Part shown: positions 27,153-36,728 of the stretch, in pieces | Position numbering within the stretch: position 1 is the stretch's first letter | Layout of the letters: each line of letters opens with the position of its first letter | DNA from: Patescibacteria group bacterium | GTDB taxonomy: Bacteria; Patescibacteriota; Minisyncoccia; Phycocordibacterales; Phycocordibacteraceae | Assembly (NCBI GenBank): GCA_004322365.1 | Contig: SCTS01000006.1 | Coordinates: 70,201-134,200 of the forward strand | DNA length: 64,000 bases | Direction of reading: 5' to 3' | The notes under the pieces: generated by a model | What the model saw: only the letters and a program-made list of their open reading frames with translations | Database searches by the model: none | Told to the model about the DNA's origin: nothing | Made by a program: the position numbers and the translations under genes

Positions 27153-28241
27153 TTAAATAGGAGCCTGAATCCCCTTTTCTTTCTGAGCTGCAGTAAGTAA
27201 AACTTCAGGCTTCCCGTTTTCGTCAATTCGAGCAAAAAATAAGTGCTCCGTAAGTGTGGCATTTGCTACATCATAGTTAGACACATCTACTATTTCAGGC
27301 TTTTGTCTTTCCTCTGGCAATGGCACTCGTCGCAACCGATCGACTAATCTATTTGCATAGACCATATAAATAGTTTTACGTCTCTCATACTTTGCTTCAA
27401 TACCCTTCACTTCGCCTTCGCGTTCGTTCTCTACACATGGGTCTATCAGAAGTACCGCATCTTGGCCACGAAACAACATTCCTTCAAATGCATGTTCGAA
27501 ATCTTCGTTACCACCTACTGGTTCAAGCTTTCCGTTAATTTCAACCTTACCGGCAAGGGCATTATCGGCGATACCAGAAAAATGAGTATCCTGGGACACC
27601 ATTGAGAGCGCATTATTAGGAAATGCCCGACTCACATTTTCAATCGCAATTTTAGTTGTACCGTCTATTGCTCCTTGTGGAATTGAAAAATCATGAACCC
27701 CTCCCATCATGGAGCCAACAATAGCGAGACCTCCTGGTTTTTTCTTCTCCCATGCATCATAAACAGTTTGCATGCCGACCATCTGTCGATACAACACCTT
27801 TGGTCGTGCAGTAACATCGTAACTAGTGAAAACGGCACGCGACTCATTTAAACCGCTCTGTACTGAGTTCAACATGTCGACGTAACTAAAAGTCCCTTTC
27901 GACTCGCTTTTGTCACCAATGAGTTTCGCTCCAAGACGTGCACGTCGCTTCGTAGTAACGGGACTCACCCACACAACGTCAAGACCCGATTTTTGTAGTA
28001 TTTCTTTTCCCTCCGGCGACAAATCTTCATTTGAAATAATTTTTACCTGTGGGGGTTTTGGTGTGAGAGTACCAAGCGTCGATACAAAATGAGATACGGT
28101 ATCCACCTGATGCTTAAATACAGCTAGTGACGCCTCATCAAAATCACCAACTTTAAACACACGAACCCCTACTGCTGTAGCAGTTAGCTGTCCTTGTTCA
28201 AAATTGTTTAATAGTGGGTTGAGTTGTAGTTTTTCACTCAT
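27153..28241 (-). CDS. Hypothetical protein (362 aa), not recognised
   Basis: Long ORF with good coding character. It includes a GGLAIVGSMMGGVHDFSIPQGAIDG segment but no family could be assigned from memory. Confidence 0.5.
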   Translation of the reverse strand: MSEKLQLNPLLNNFEQGQLTATAVGVRVFKVGDFDEASLAVFKHQVDTVSHFVSTLGTLTPKPPQVKIISNEDLSPEGKEILQKSGLDVVWVSPVTTKRRARLGAKLIGDKSESKGTFSYVDMLNSVQSGLNESRAVFTSYDVTARPKVLYRQMVGMQTVYDAWEKKKPGGLAIVGSMMGGVHDFSIPQGAIDGTTKIAIENVSRAFPNNALSMVSQDTHFSGIADNALAGKVEINGKLEPVGGNEDFEHAFEGMLFRGQDAVLLIDPCVENEREGEVKGIEAKYERRKTIYMVYANRLVDRLRRVPLPEERQKPEIVDVSNYDVANATLTEHLFFARIDENGKPEVLLTAAQKEKGIQAPI

Positions 28242-28287
28242 ATGTATTTATAGATTTATTATAACACATATTTCCCTTTATTACAAC

Positions 28288-28911
28288 TCATCGGGAGCGA
28301 TTACCCTCGTCGGCGAGGCGCCACAAGTACCACGAAGCAACGGTGCGGTATGGACGCCACGGTTCAGCAAGACGCTCCATTTTCTGTGAGTCAGGCAACT
28401 CCTTCATCTTAAAAAGTTTTTGAAATCCTTTACGAATGCCCAAGTCCCCCGTTGGTAAAACATCAGGGCGGTTTAGGGCAAACATAAGAAACATATCAGC
28501 GCTCCACCTCCCAATACCTTTGACCGCAATCAAATGCTGGCGTATCTCTTCGTCAGTCATTGCTTTAAATTTCTTCGGCTCAATCGTTCCGTCTAAAAAC
28601 TTCTTTGATAAATCTTTTATATATTCAGTTTTTTGCCCCGAAAGCCCAACGCCTCTCATTTTTGCAACGCTCGTTTTTAGAACAGCTTCTGGTTTGGGAT
28701 ACCCTGCCCCAGGAAAAAGTTCAAGAAATCTTCTGAGTATTGTCCCCGCCGCTTTCCCAGAAAGTTGCTGATACACAATAGAACGCACGAGCGCTTCATA
28801 GACATTCCGTGCAGGCTTAAAATCCGGCTTTGGATTCTTTTTCACTACATCCCCTAAGCGCGTATCCTTGCGAAGATACTTGAGAGCAGTCGTTAGATTC
28901 GTTGAATTCAT
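28288..28911 (-). CDS. HhH-GPD superfamily DNA glycosylase (AlkA/3-methyladenine glycosylase II-like)
   Basis: Helix-hairpin-helix region KGIGRWSADMFLMFALNRPDVLPTGDLG with a catalytic Asp. The start was trimmed to MNSTNL because the longer ORF runs through tRNA-Ser. Confidence 0.75.
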   Translation of the reverse strand: MNSTNLTTALKYLRKDTRLGDVVKKNPKPDFKPARNVYEALVRSIVYQQLSGKAAGTILRRFLELFPGAGYPKPEAVLKTSVAKMRGVGLSGQKTEYIKDLSKKFLDGTIEPKKFKAMTDEEIRQHLIAVKGIGRWSADMFLMFALNRPDVLPTGDLGIRKGFQKLFKMKELPDSQKMERLAEPWRPYRTVASWYLWRLADEGNRSR

Positions 28912-28917
28912 TGTGGG

Positions 28918-29004
28918 CGGAGAGGGAGAGATTCGAACTCTCGGTACAGTTTCCCATACGCCACATTTCGAGTGTGGTGCCTTCGACCACTCAGCCACCT
29001 CTCC
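28918..29004 (-). tRNA. tRNA-Ser (CGA), long variable arm
   Basis: Minus-strand sequence GGAGAGGTGGCTGAGTGGTCGAAGGCACCACACTCGAAATGTGG...GAGAGTTCGAATCTCTCCCTCTCCG, with anticodon loop CTCGAAA. Confidence 0.8.
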
Positions 29005-29120
29005 AAAAATACCTGTAGAACTTGCAGATTCTAGCATTTTTGGTTGGAAATGCTATATTTTCTGCTTCGGCCTCAACCTTTTCTGGGTTGGCCGAACATC
29101 CTGCTCGGCAGTATGTTGTA

Positions 29121-29195
29121 GGCCCCATCGTCTAACGGTTAGGACACAAGCTTTTCAAGCTTGGAACCCGGGTTCGATTCCCGGTGGGGTCACCA
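29121..29195 (+). tRNA. tRNA-Glu (TTC), CCA encoded
   Basis: GGCCCCATCGTCTAACGGTTAGGACACAAGCTTTTCAAGCTTGGAACCCGGGTTCGATTCCCGGTGGGGTCACCA, with anticodon loop TTTTCAA. Confidence 0.85.
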
Positions 29196-29196
29196 A

Positions 29197-29868
29197 ATGG
29201 AAAAAAGTTATAAATATTTGACCGCTCTGAGCGTTTTTTTTGTGTCAGTGTTACTGATCTCAAACATAGCGTCAACAAAAATTGTCGACTTCGGCTGGTT
29301 TACTTTTGACGGAGGAACTCTCCTCTTTCCTCTCAGCTACATCTTCGGCGACATTATGACCGAAGTGTATGGCTATAAGAAAGCGAGAGATGTTATATGG
29401 CTTGGCTTCATTTCTGCATTAGTAATGTCGATAGTATTTATGATTGTCGGAGCATTACCACCAGCGGCGGACTGGGGAAACCAAGCGGCATACGACGCCA
29501 TTCTCGGCCTCACTCCTCGCATAGTGCTCGCAAGCTTGTGTGCATATTTTTGTGGCTCATTTTCAAATTCCTTCATTCTTGCGAAAATGAAGATTTTCAC
29601 AAAAGGAAAATTGCTTTGGACAAGAACTATCGGCTCAACGGTGGTTGGAGAACTTGTCGACAGCACTCTTTTTATTTTAATAGCTTTTTGGGGCGTATTG
29701 CCAGGGGTACTCTTGGTGACCCTTATAGTTTCTAACTATATCTTTAAAACCCTTGTGGAGGTGCTGTTCACTCCGCTCACATACAAAGTTATTACTTTCC
29801 TCAAAAAGAAAGAGCAAGAAGATTATTACGATACCGCCACCAATTTCAATCCGTTTGCTGTAAAATAA
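29197..29868 (+). CDS. Queuosine-precursor transporter (YhhQ / VUT family)
   Basis: Multi-TM protein with FPLSYIFGDIMTEVYGY and LVDSTLFILIAFWG motifs. The ATG lies 2 nt after the tRNA-Glu CCA. Confidence 0.7.
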   Translation: MEKSYKYLTALSVFFVSVLLISNIASTKIVDFGWFTFDGGTLLFPLSYIFGDIMTEVYGYKKARDVIWLGFISALVMSIVFMIVGALPPAADWGNQAAYDAILGLTPRIVLASLCAYFCGSFSNSFILAKMKIFTKGKLLWTRTIGSTVVGELVDSTLFILIAFWGVLPGVLLVTLIVSNYIFKTLVEVLFTPLTYKVITFLKKKEQEDYYDTATNFNPFAVK

Positions 29869-29873
29869 AAAAT

Positions 29874-30710
29874 ATGCGAGTTATTTTGAAAAGAATATTC
29901 TTTGTGCTTATTTGCATATTTGCACTCATCGGAGTGGCTTTTACTTTAGTGTTTGTGGGTATGCAATTTGGACTTTTGAATGTACGAGGAACAATTAAAG
30001 AAAGAAATCAGTTTTTTGATAGAAACCCAAACAGCATCCCCTGTCTCAACACTACAGAGGAAGAGTGTGCGTGGAACCAAACCCCTGAATGGGATACCGT
30101 CAGAGAAGGGCTCCGCAAAGATGCGGAAATAATTGCGAGAGTTTCAGCGGAGACGGGGGTATCTAAACGCATGATCGCTTCTGTCGTCATTCCTGAGCAA
30201 ATCCGCTTCTTTACTTCAGAGCGAGAAGTATTTAAAAGTTACTTTGAGCCACTAAAAATCCTAGGTTCACTCGCACAGTTTTCCTTAGGTGTTTCTGGCA
30301 TCAAACAAGAAACGGCAAATGCTATTGAACTCAATACTCAAAATGTCACATCGCCATTTTTCCCAGGGCCCAATATGCGAGCACTTATTGCCTACCCTGA
30401 AGGTGTAGAGCATGATGCGGAGCTATATAGGCGCCTCACCGATCCAAAGGACCACTACTTCTCATACCTCTATACAGCTCTCTTCATAAAGGAGGTTGAA
30501 GCGCAGTGGAAACAAGCTGGCTATGACATTACACAAAATCCGGGCACGGTAGTAACGCTGTTTAACCTTGGTTTTCAGGCCTCAAAGCCAAACCCTTCCC
30601 CAATAACAGCAGGTAGCGAAATTACCACAGGCGGAAAAGCATACTTATTTGGAGAACTCGGCGCACTGTTTTACCACTCCGATGAACTTACAGACGTGTT
30701 TCCGAAGTAA
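29874..30710 (+). CDS. Hypothetical membrane-anchored protein (278 aa)
   Basis: N-terminal TM helix and a large extracytoplasmic domain. No family recognised. Confidence 0.45.
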   Translation: MRVILKRIFFVLICIFALIGVAFTLVFVGMQFGLLNVRGTIKERNQFFDRNPNSIPCLNTTEEECAWNQTPEWDTVREGLRKDAEIIARVSAETGVSKRMIASVVIPEQIRFFTSEREVFKSYFEPLKILGSLAQFSLGVSGIKQETANAIELNTQNVTSPFFPGPNMRALIAYPEGVEHDAELYRRLTDPKDHYFSYLYTALFIKEVEAQWKQAGYDITQNPGTVVTLFNLGFQASKPNPSPITAGSEITTGGKAYLFGELGALFYHSDELTDVFPK

Positions 30711-30722
30711 CAAAAACACTTT

Positions 30723-30917
30723 TTATTTCCAAGGAGGTTTCATATTTACGTCTGGGAAATCTTCCAGACTATATCCAAAAAAGTTTATTAAATCGCGAAG
30801 TCGATTGAATCGCCGAATAGTAGGTTTATCCCGACCCTCGGGGTCACTAAAATCACTGTGAGCTTTATTTGCTCGATCAATTGATCCTTGAAGCGTTTCC
30901 TTGATTATGTCGGTCAC
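30723..30917 (-). CDS. Small hypothetical protein (64 aa)
   Basis: ORF downstream of tsaC on the same strand. Weak evidence. Confidence 0.25.
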   Translation of the reverse strand: MTDIIKETLQGSIDRANKAHSDFSDPEGRDKPTIRRFNRLRDLINFFGYSLEDFPDVNMKPPWK

Positions 30918-30965
30918 GGCGCAAACTCTATCATGGAGATAAAGGTCTTCCTATATGTTAAGTTT

Positions 30966-31547
30966 TTATAGTGCGTGTATGTCGATCTCCGCTATCGCTC
31001 CTTCCCGAATCACATGGGGCGAGAGCCCTCGTGCATCCACAACAGTTGAAGGAAGCGACTCTAAAAGTTCACCCACATCAATCACACGATCAATCATATG
31101 CGCCTCCGCACCAAATTGAGCAAGTATCTCGGACACAGTGTTTTTAGAATCCATATCGCTTACATTAGCGCTTGTCGCTGTATAAGGCCGTCCGAGCTCA
31201 CGCACAATATTTAAACAAAGAATATGGTTCGGAATACGAATACCGACAGTACCGGTTCCTGCAGTAAGTTCTGTAGGAAGATTAGATTTAGCCTTCAGAA
31301 TAAGCGTGACTTTCCCTGGGAGAAATGCTTCAGCAAGTTTTAATGCGAGCGGTGTCACTTCGGCATATTCTTCAGCCATCTTCATGTCGGAAACAACAAT
31401 AGAAATTGGCTTGCCATCTTCCCTTCCCTTAAGCACTCGAAGTTTTTTGAGGGCCTCAACACTCAACGCATCCACACCAAGTCCGTAGAGGGTGTCTGTA
31501 GGGTACAAAAGAATACCGCCACTATTTAATATATCTTTAGGGTTCAT
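30966..31547 (-). CDS. tsaC: L-threonylcarbamoyladenylate synthase (TsaC/YrdC/Sua5 family)
   Basis: 193 aa with the YPTDTLYGLG motif and TATSANVS. Confidence 0.8.
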   Translation of the reverse strand: MNPKDILNSGGILLYPTDTLYGLGVDALSVEALKKLRVLKGREDGKPISIVVSDMKMAEEYAEVTPLALKLAEAFLPGKVTLILKAKSNLPTELTAGTGTVGIRIPNHILCLNIVRELGRPYTATSANVSDMDSKNTVSEILAQFGAEAHMIDRVIDVGELLESLPSTVVDARGLSPHVIREGAIAEIDIHAL

Positions 31548-31549
31548 AT

Positions 31550-31580
31550 AAAAAGAGTCTCATTACTGAGACTCTTTTAT
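31550..31580. terminator. Bidirectional intrinsic terminator
   Basis: AAAAAGAGTCTC-ATTACT-GAGACTCTTTTAT. Confidence 0.65.
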
Positions 31581-31607
31581 TCTACACCTTTTACCTTGCT
31601 TACATTT

Positions 31608-31760
31608 TTATTTCCTTTTGGCACGATCTTCATTTTGTTTTTTAATTCTTGCTGCATTCTGTCTGCGTCGCGCTACTTCAGCTGATGCCTTTATAGACTT
31701 TGGAGGAGAAACGATCACTTCCCCATCTCGAAAAAAACGGTCTGGACTATGCATATTCAT
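31608..31760 (-). CDS. Small basic hypothetical protein (50 aa)
   Basis: MNMHSPDRFFRDGEVIVSPPKSIKASAEVARRRQNAARIKKQNEDRAKRK. It is below the 60-aa ORF-track cutoff. Confidence 0.3.
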   Translation of the reverse strand: MNMHSPDRFFRDGEVIVSPPKSIKASAEVARRRQNAARIKKQNEDRAKRK

Positions 31761-31823
31761 ACTGAAAAAATAGCAAAAAATTGCCCCTCTGTCAAAAACT
31801 GAAAATTCTCTAAATCTGAAGAT

Positions 31824-31996
31824 TATGCAGGTCGATGTTCCTCAGGCCAGTACTGTTGAGCCCCAGCTTCAAAAGCTTTCCTTTTAGGACTCTTAGGACC
31901 AGTGTGTTTAAATTTGGCATTCGCAGCAGCAAGGAGAGCGTTTAAACCTGATATTTTGTCCCTTCGAGACTCACCGGAACCAAAAGACTGACCCAT
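31824..31996 (-). CDS. Small hypothetical protein (57 aa)
   Basis: MGQSFGSGESRRDKISGLNALLAAANAKFKHTGPKSPKRKAFEAGAQQYWPEEHRPA. Confidence 0.3.
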
Positions 31997-32107
31997 AAAA
32001 AAATAATTTTAATTACTATTTTATAAGCGTACTCTCCGATTTATAATCGTCAAGCAACCACTGTGCGTTACAGTAACCCTTGAAAAAGACCCTCAGAAAG
32101 GCTATTC

Positions 32108-32254
32108 TTTTCGGACTTGCGCAGAGAACCTAGGTTCCCCGCGCAGGCGTTCGGAAAGAAGAAACGGACACTTTGCGCTGCGAGCGAAACGCTCCCCGCG
32201 CAGGCGTTCGGAAAGAATACTCACGCAGAGCGTGGACATTCTCTTCCTCACTTT
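32108..32254. repeat. Direct repeats upstream of tRNA-Val, partly derived from the tRNA 5' end
   Basis: CCCCGCGCAGGCGTTCGGAAAGAA occurs twice (about 32135 and 32195). TTGCGC(A/T/G)G words recur at 32108, 32173, 32223 and at the tRNA start 32252. Confidence 0.65.
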
Positions 32255-32327
32255 GCGCGGTTAGCTCAGTTGGTAGAGCGCGTCATTGACGTTGACGATG
32301 TCGGGGGTTCGAATCCCTCACCGCGCA
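32255..32327 (+). tRNA. tRNA-Val (GAC)
   Basis: Acceptor GCGCGGT/ACCGCGC, anticodon arm CGTCA-TTGACGT-TGACG, T-arm GGGGGTTCGAATCCCTC. Confidence 0.8.
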
Positions 32328-32331
32328 CAAA

Positions 32332-33138
32332 ATGAATCTTGAGTCTTTAAACCCGTCTTCGAAATGGGAAGAAGAACAAATGGCAGACGGTGAAAAGTGG
32401 TTTCACACTACTATTACTGAAGTACCAGAAAATTCGCTGGTTCCAAAACACTCCACCTTACTCGTTACTGCTGAAGGTAAAAAACTATTCGCGCACAATG
32501 ATCGGCTCTTGAAGAAACTCCTAGTATACAAACGTTCGTCAAATAAGAGGAAGGCGGCGGCGCACATTCGTAAATACTTAGGTGGAGAAGGAAACGGTAG
32601 CGTGTATGCAGTCGGGAGAACCGGTGTTGCCATCAAAGAGGCAGGGACTCAACAATCAGTCCATTGGGCACTTGAGAGAATGGACGGCTTGTATCGAGCC
32701 ATCGAAAATGGGAAACGAAATAAACTCATTCCTGAGTGGATAGGACTTCCGAAACATTATGGGTACCTCATCCCTCCCATTTCAGCCGAAGATCAAAGAC
32801 AATACATGCTGATGCAACAAATAGATGGCGGGGTTACCATTGAGGACATTCGTTCACTTTCCTCTGGCACCAGCGAAGATAGGGAGCGTATTCAGAATCG
32901 ACTTGGTACTCCCTTAACACAAACTGAGATTCAAGGAATCGAAGAACAGTGGAAAAAATTAGAAGGTTTTCTGAACACTGCGATAGTGCAAGCAAATACA
33001 AGCAAAGGTGTTGACGAGCAAAGAACCTTTAAGCAAATGGTCCCAGACTTTCATGAAGGCAATGTACTTATTGAGAGAGTCAAATTTCCGAAACGAAATG
33101 GGGACGAACCATTTAAATTGTGGGCTATTGACCAATAA
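32332..33138 (+). CDS. Kinase-fold protein (APH/protein-kinase-like), apparently C-terminally truncated
   Basis: VAIK (beta3 Lys), ALERM (alphaC Glu), hinge LMQQIDGG, catalytic loop DFHEGNVLI, then AIDQ immediately followed by the stop. The stop abuts the stop of the convergent ABC gene. The start may instead be at 32380 (MADGEKW). Confidence 0.5.
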   Translation: MNLESLNPSSKWEEEQMADGEKWFHTTITEVPENSLVPKHSTLLVTAEGKKLFAHNDRLLKKLLVYKRSSNKRKAAAHIRKYLGGEGNGSVYAVGRTGVAIKEAGTQQSVHWALERMDGLYRAIENGKRNKLIPEWIGLPKHYGYLIPPISAEDQRQYMLMQQIDGGVTIEDIRSLSSGTSEDRERIQNRLGTPLTQTEIQGIEEQWKKLEGFLNTAIVQANTSKGVDEQRTFKQMVPDFHEGNVLIERVKFPKRNGDEPFKLWAIDQ

Positions 33139-34914
33139 CTATTCCTGCAAAAACCCTCCCGCCTGATGATTCCAAAGTTCTGAGTAGGTGCCACCTAAAT
33201 TCACTAATTCCTCATGACTACCCTCTTCAATTATCTTCCCTCTATCCATAACAATAATGCGATCCATTTCACGCAGAGTTGAAAGTCGGTGTGCAATCGC
33301 AATAACCGTCTTTCCTTTCATGAGCTCCTTTAAAGCGTCCTGAATGGCAACCTCGCTTTCACTATCCAAAGAAGCAGTCGCCTCATCCATAAGGAGAATG
33401 GGCGCATTTTTGAGAATCGCTCGTGCTATCGCAATTCTCTGACGCTCACCACCTGAAAGCTTCACACCTCGCTCTCCAACGAGTGACCCATATCCCTCTT
33501 CAAGCCGTTTAATAAAATCATCAGCTTGTGCGAGGCGTGCTGCCTCCTCTATTTCTGCCTGCGATGCGTCAGGCTTTCCGTAGGCTATGTTTTCGCTAAT
33601 AGTGCGGTGAAAGAGCAATGGTTCCTGTGGCACCACCGATATACCACAACGGAGACTATCTTGAGTAACTGAAGCTATATCGGTGCCATCAATCATAACT
33701 GCTCCGCTGTTAAGTTCATGATGTCGAAGGAGAATACGCATTAAGGTCGACTTACCTGCACCACTTCTTCCTACGATACCTACGCGCTGTCCTGCTGGTA
33801 TGAAAAGATTAAGTTTTTCAAAAATCGGGATATCACCATATTTAAAACTTACGTCTTTAAGATGTATCTCACCAACGGAAATACTACAGGTGCTCGCATT
33901 AGCAATATCAGCAATTTCATGCGGTGCGACTATTTCTCGAAGACTCTCTTCTACTTCACCCCATGTATTAGACATGCGGTTTATGTTGTTACCCAGACTC
34001 TGTAAGTGACCTTCTATTCTAAATATAACCGTAATGACAAGGATGATATCTCCGAGAGATATAATTCCACTGTGCATAAAAAGCACCGCAATAAAAAGCA
34101 TGGCGCTACCAAAAATAAACTGAAGGATGTTGTTGAGCACGAGGACATATTCACTAAAACCCCAGTTCTTAAGTCCAGCTACTCGGCGTTCCAATATTGC
34201 ATCCTTAAAGTTATCCATTTCAAATTCACGCCTAGCATACTCCTGCATCGTGGTGATATTGGAAAGAAGATCAACTGTCATGCCAGTCAATTTAGTTTCA
34301 AGAGCTTGTGCGTGCATGGAAAGTGGCCGACGCTTACGCGCAAAATACATATTGATTACAACAACGGTGAGTAGCCATACAAAAAGAATCGAGGCAATAA
34401 TGGGAGAAACGAAAAAAGCAATAATCAAACTCACTATGGATGCCACAATAAGCTCAAGAAAATCCCAAAGCACTTTTTCAACTATTTCGAGCATACCTCC
34501 TCCTGCCTGACTAATTTTATTTGCAATAGAACCTGCAAACCTATCGGAAAAATACGCACGACTGTGAAGCGTCACATACGATGTGAGTGTCTGGCGGGCC
34601 GTTGCTCGCGCACCAGTTGCCCAACGCATTCCCGCGAATCCTGAAATGCGCCAAAACGCTTTTGCGAGAAACAGGAAAAGAACTAACATGCCGCATGCCA
34701 ACGCTAATTCCTCGTACGAACCACCAACTGATAAAGCGGCAGCGGCATTTGCTATCAGCTTAAATACATATGCGATGCTGGCCGAAAGTGAGCCTGCAAT
34801 AATAACAGCGATGAGCGCTATCGTTGCCGGCTTCCAATACGGTCGTGAGCAAAAGAGGAAAAAGTGGAGAGGATTTGTGTCTTTAGGAAAGTCTTCACGC
34901 CAGAGGGATTTCAT
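33139..34914 (-). CDS. ABC transporter permease/ATP-binding protein (MsbA-like exporter)
   Basis: 591 aa with a six-TM domain, Walker A GRSGAGKST, ABC signature LSGGERQRIAIARA and Walker B ILLMDEATS. Confidence 0.85.
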   Translation of the reverse strand: MKSLWREDFPKDTNPLHFFLFCSRPYWKPATIALIAVIIAGSLSASIAYVFKLIANAAAALSVGGSYEELALACGMLVLFLFLAKAFWRISGFAGMRWATGARATARQTLTSYVTLHSRAYFSDRFAGSIANKISQAGGGMLEIVEKVLWDFLELIVASIVSLIIAFFVSPIIASILFVWLLTVVVINMYFARKRRPLSMHAQALETKLTGMTVDLLSNITTMQEYARREFEMDNFKDAILERRVAGLKNWGFSEYVLVLNNILQFIFGSAMLFIAVLFMHSGIISLGDIILVITVIFRIEGHLQSLGNNINRMSNTWGEVEESLREIVAPHEIADIANASTCSISVGEIHLKDVSFKYGDIPIFEKLNLFIPAGQRVGIVGRSGAGKSTLMRILLRHHELNSGAVMIDGTDIASVTQDSLRCGISVVPQEPLLFHRTISENIAYGKPDASQAEIEEAARLAQADDFIKRLEEGYGSLVGERGVKLSGGERQRIAIARAILKNAPILLMDEATASLDSESEVAIQDALKELMKGKTVIAIAHRLSTLREMDRIIVMDRGKIIEEGSHEELVNLGGTYSELWNHQAGGFLQE

Positions 34915-34972
34915 ATGTTTGTATGCTTCGCGCTACTCCTCCGATTAATCGGAGGAGTAGCGCTTTTTATTT

Positions 34973-35527
34973 TTATATTTTCAGAAAATGTTTCCGATAA
35001 AATTTTAATTCTTCTATTGATTGAAGGATGTCATCTTTGGCGCGGTGCTTTTTCTCACCTCGCGATGACCTCCACTCTTCATATACTTCGGGCTTCCAAC
35101 GCTCCGCAAGTCCTTTTAAGGTTGAGACATCAATGCAACGATAGTGGAGATAGGAATCAAGAGTAGGCATATGAAGACGTAAAAACATCCTATCCATATG
35201 TATGGAATTTCCACACAGCGGGCTCGATTGTGGGGCAGTGTGTGCCTCAACAAATGCAAGTACCTCCCTTTCAGCCTGTTCGGTGGTAATCACGCTCGAA
35301 ACGGAAGATTCAATAATTCCACTTTTTTTGTGAATTTCTAATACATCCGACGGGATATTTTCAAAAACCACTGAATCAGCGTGAATGATGATATCAGGAC
35401 CTTCAGCGACAACAGTAAGGTTAGTGTCAGTAATAACCACCGCAATTTCTATAATTGAGTCTTTGGTAACGTCCACCAAAGACGTCATTTCGAGGTCCAT
35501 CCATACAAGGAGGTCGTTTCTTTGCAT
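34973..35527 (-). CDS. orn: Oligoribonuclease
   Basis: The internal ATG gives a 184-aa DEDDh exonuclease: LVWMDLEMTSL ... CGNSIHMDRMFL ... YHYRCIDVSTLKGLAERWKPEV. Confidence 0.8.
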   Translation of the reverse strand: MQRNDLLVWMDLEMTSLVDVTKDSIIEIAVVITDTNLTVVAEGPDIIIHADSVVFENIPSDVLEIHKKSGIIESSVSSVITTEQAEREVLAFVEAHTAPQSSPLCGNSIHMDRMFLRLHMPTLDSYLHYRCIDVSTLKGLAERWKPEVYEEWRSSRGEKKHRAKDDILQSIEELKFYRKHFLKI

Positions 35528-35547
35528 TACGCTATAATACACCGAAC

Positions 35548-36717
35548 ATGAAAATCTTAGCCATTGAGACCAGTTGCGATGAAACGGGGGTAGCAATTCT
35601 TGAGTGCGAAGGCTCATTTGAGGGCGCGTCGTTCACCATCCTCGGAAATGCCCTTTACTCGCAAGCAACCCTTCATGCTCCATACGGTGGGGTATATCCC
35701 AATCTGGCAAAACGCGAACACCAAAACAATCTTGCGCCACTTGCAACTGAGGCCCTCAAGGCAAGCGGTCTTTTGAAATCACGGACTAAAGACACTCCTG
35801 TAAATGACTCCTCTCTCGAGAATATCCGTGACCAAACATTCAAAAGCAACATAGAAGACTTTCTCGCTTCAACTGAAAAACCTGACATCGAATTCATTGC
35901 AGTAACAAAAGGCCCTGGCCTTGAGCCGGCACTCTGGACAGGTATTAATTTTGCTGAAAGCTTGGGACGAGCTTGGAATATCCCCGTCATTGGGATTGAC
36001 CACATGGAGGGACACATCTTCTCTGCGCTATTAAAAAAGCTTTCGGATTCCAGCTTTCAGCTTTCAGGGATGCAGTTTCCTATTCTTGCATTCCTCATTT
36101 CAGGTGGACATACAGAATTCGTAGTAATGAAAGAGCCTTTTGTGTATGAACACATCGGAGCAACGAGAGACGACGCCATCGGTGAAGCATTCGACAAAGT
36201 TGCACGACTCCTTGATCTTCCCTATCCAGGAGGGCCTCAGATTGCTGAAGTTGCTTCAAGGTCGCGGGCACGGGGTGAAAAAAATGAAATCTCCTTTCCT
36301 CGACCTATGGCACAAGACGATACATGCGACTTTTCTTTCTCAGGTTTAAAAACCGCAGTGCTCTATAAACTTCGTGACATGGATAAAATTGACGAGAAAG
36401 TTAAAGAACAAATAGCAGAAGCATTCGAAGATGCGGCACGCGATGTCGTAATAATAAAAACTAAACGAGCACTTGAAGCAACTGAGCCAAAAATCCTAGC
36501 GGTTGGTGGCGGTGTTTCTGCAAATACTGAAATTAAGCGCGCACTTACCGCGTTGGTAGATGAAGATTTTTCAGACATTCAACTTTTGTTCCCTGATGCA
36601 ACACTCACTGGTGATAATGCCATCATGATTGGTGTAGCTGGCTATCTCCGCCATCTATCGGGAACACATACCGCAAGCAATTTATCGGCGCTTGGGAATT
36701 TAAAGCTGGGAGAGTAA
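35548..36717 (+). CDS. tsaD: tRNA N6-adenosine threonylcarbamoyltransferase TsaD (Kae1/OSGEP family)
   Basis: MKILAIETSCDETGVAIL, HMEGHI (metal His pair), GGVSAN. Confidence 0.85.
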   Translation: MKILAIETSCDETGVAILECEGSFEGASFTILGNALYSQATLHAPYGGVYPNLAKREHQNNLAPLATEALKASGLLKSRTKDTPVNDSSLENIRDQTFKSNIEDFLASTEKPDIEFIAVTKGPGLEPALWTGINFAESLGRAWNIPVIGIDHMEGHIFSALLKKLSDSSFQLSGMQFPILAFLISGGHTEFVVMKEPFVYEHIGATRDDAIGEAFDKVARLLDLPYPGGPQIAEVASRSRARGEKNEISFPRPMAQDDTCDFSFSGLKTAVLYKLRDMDKIDEKVKEQIAEAFEDAARDVVIIKTKRALEATEPKILAVGGGVSANTEIKRALTALVDEDFSDIQLLFPDATLTGDNAIMIGVAGYLRHLSGTHTASNLSALGNLKLGE

Positions 36718-36728
36718 CATTCTCTATT

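Noticed and set aside
28288-29037. Full 249-aa ORF for the glycosylase
   Set aside because: Its first 42 codons run through tRNA-Ser(CGA) (28918-29004). The internal ATG at 28911 was used instead.
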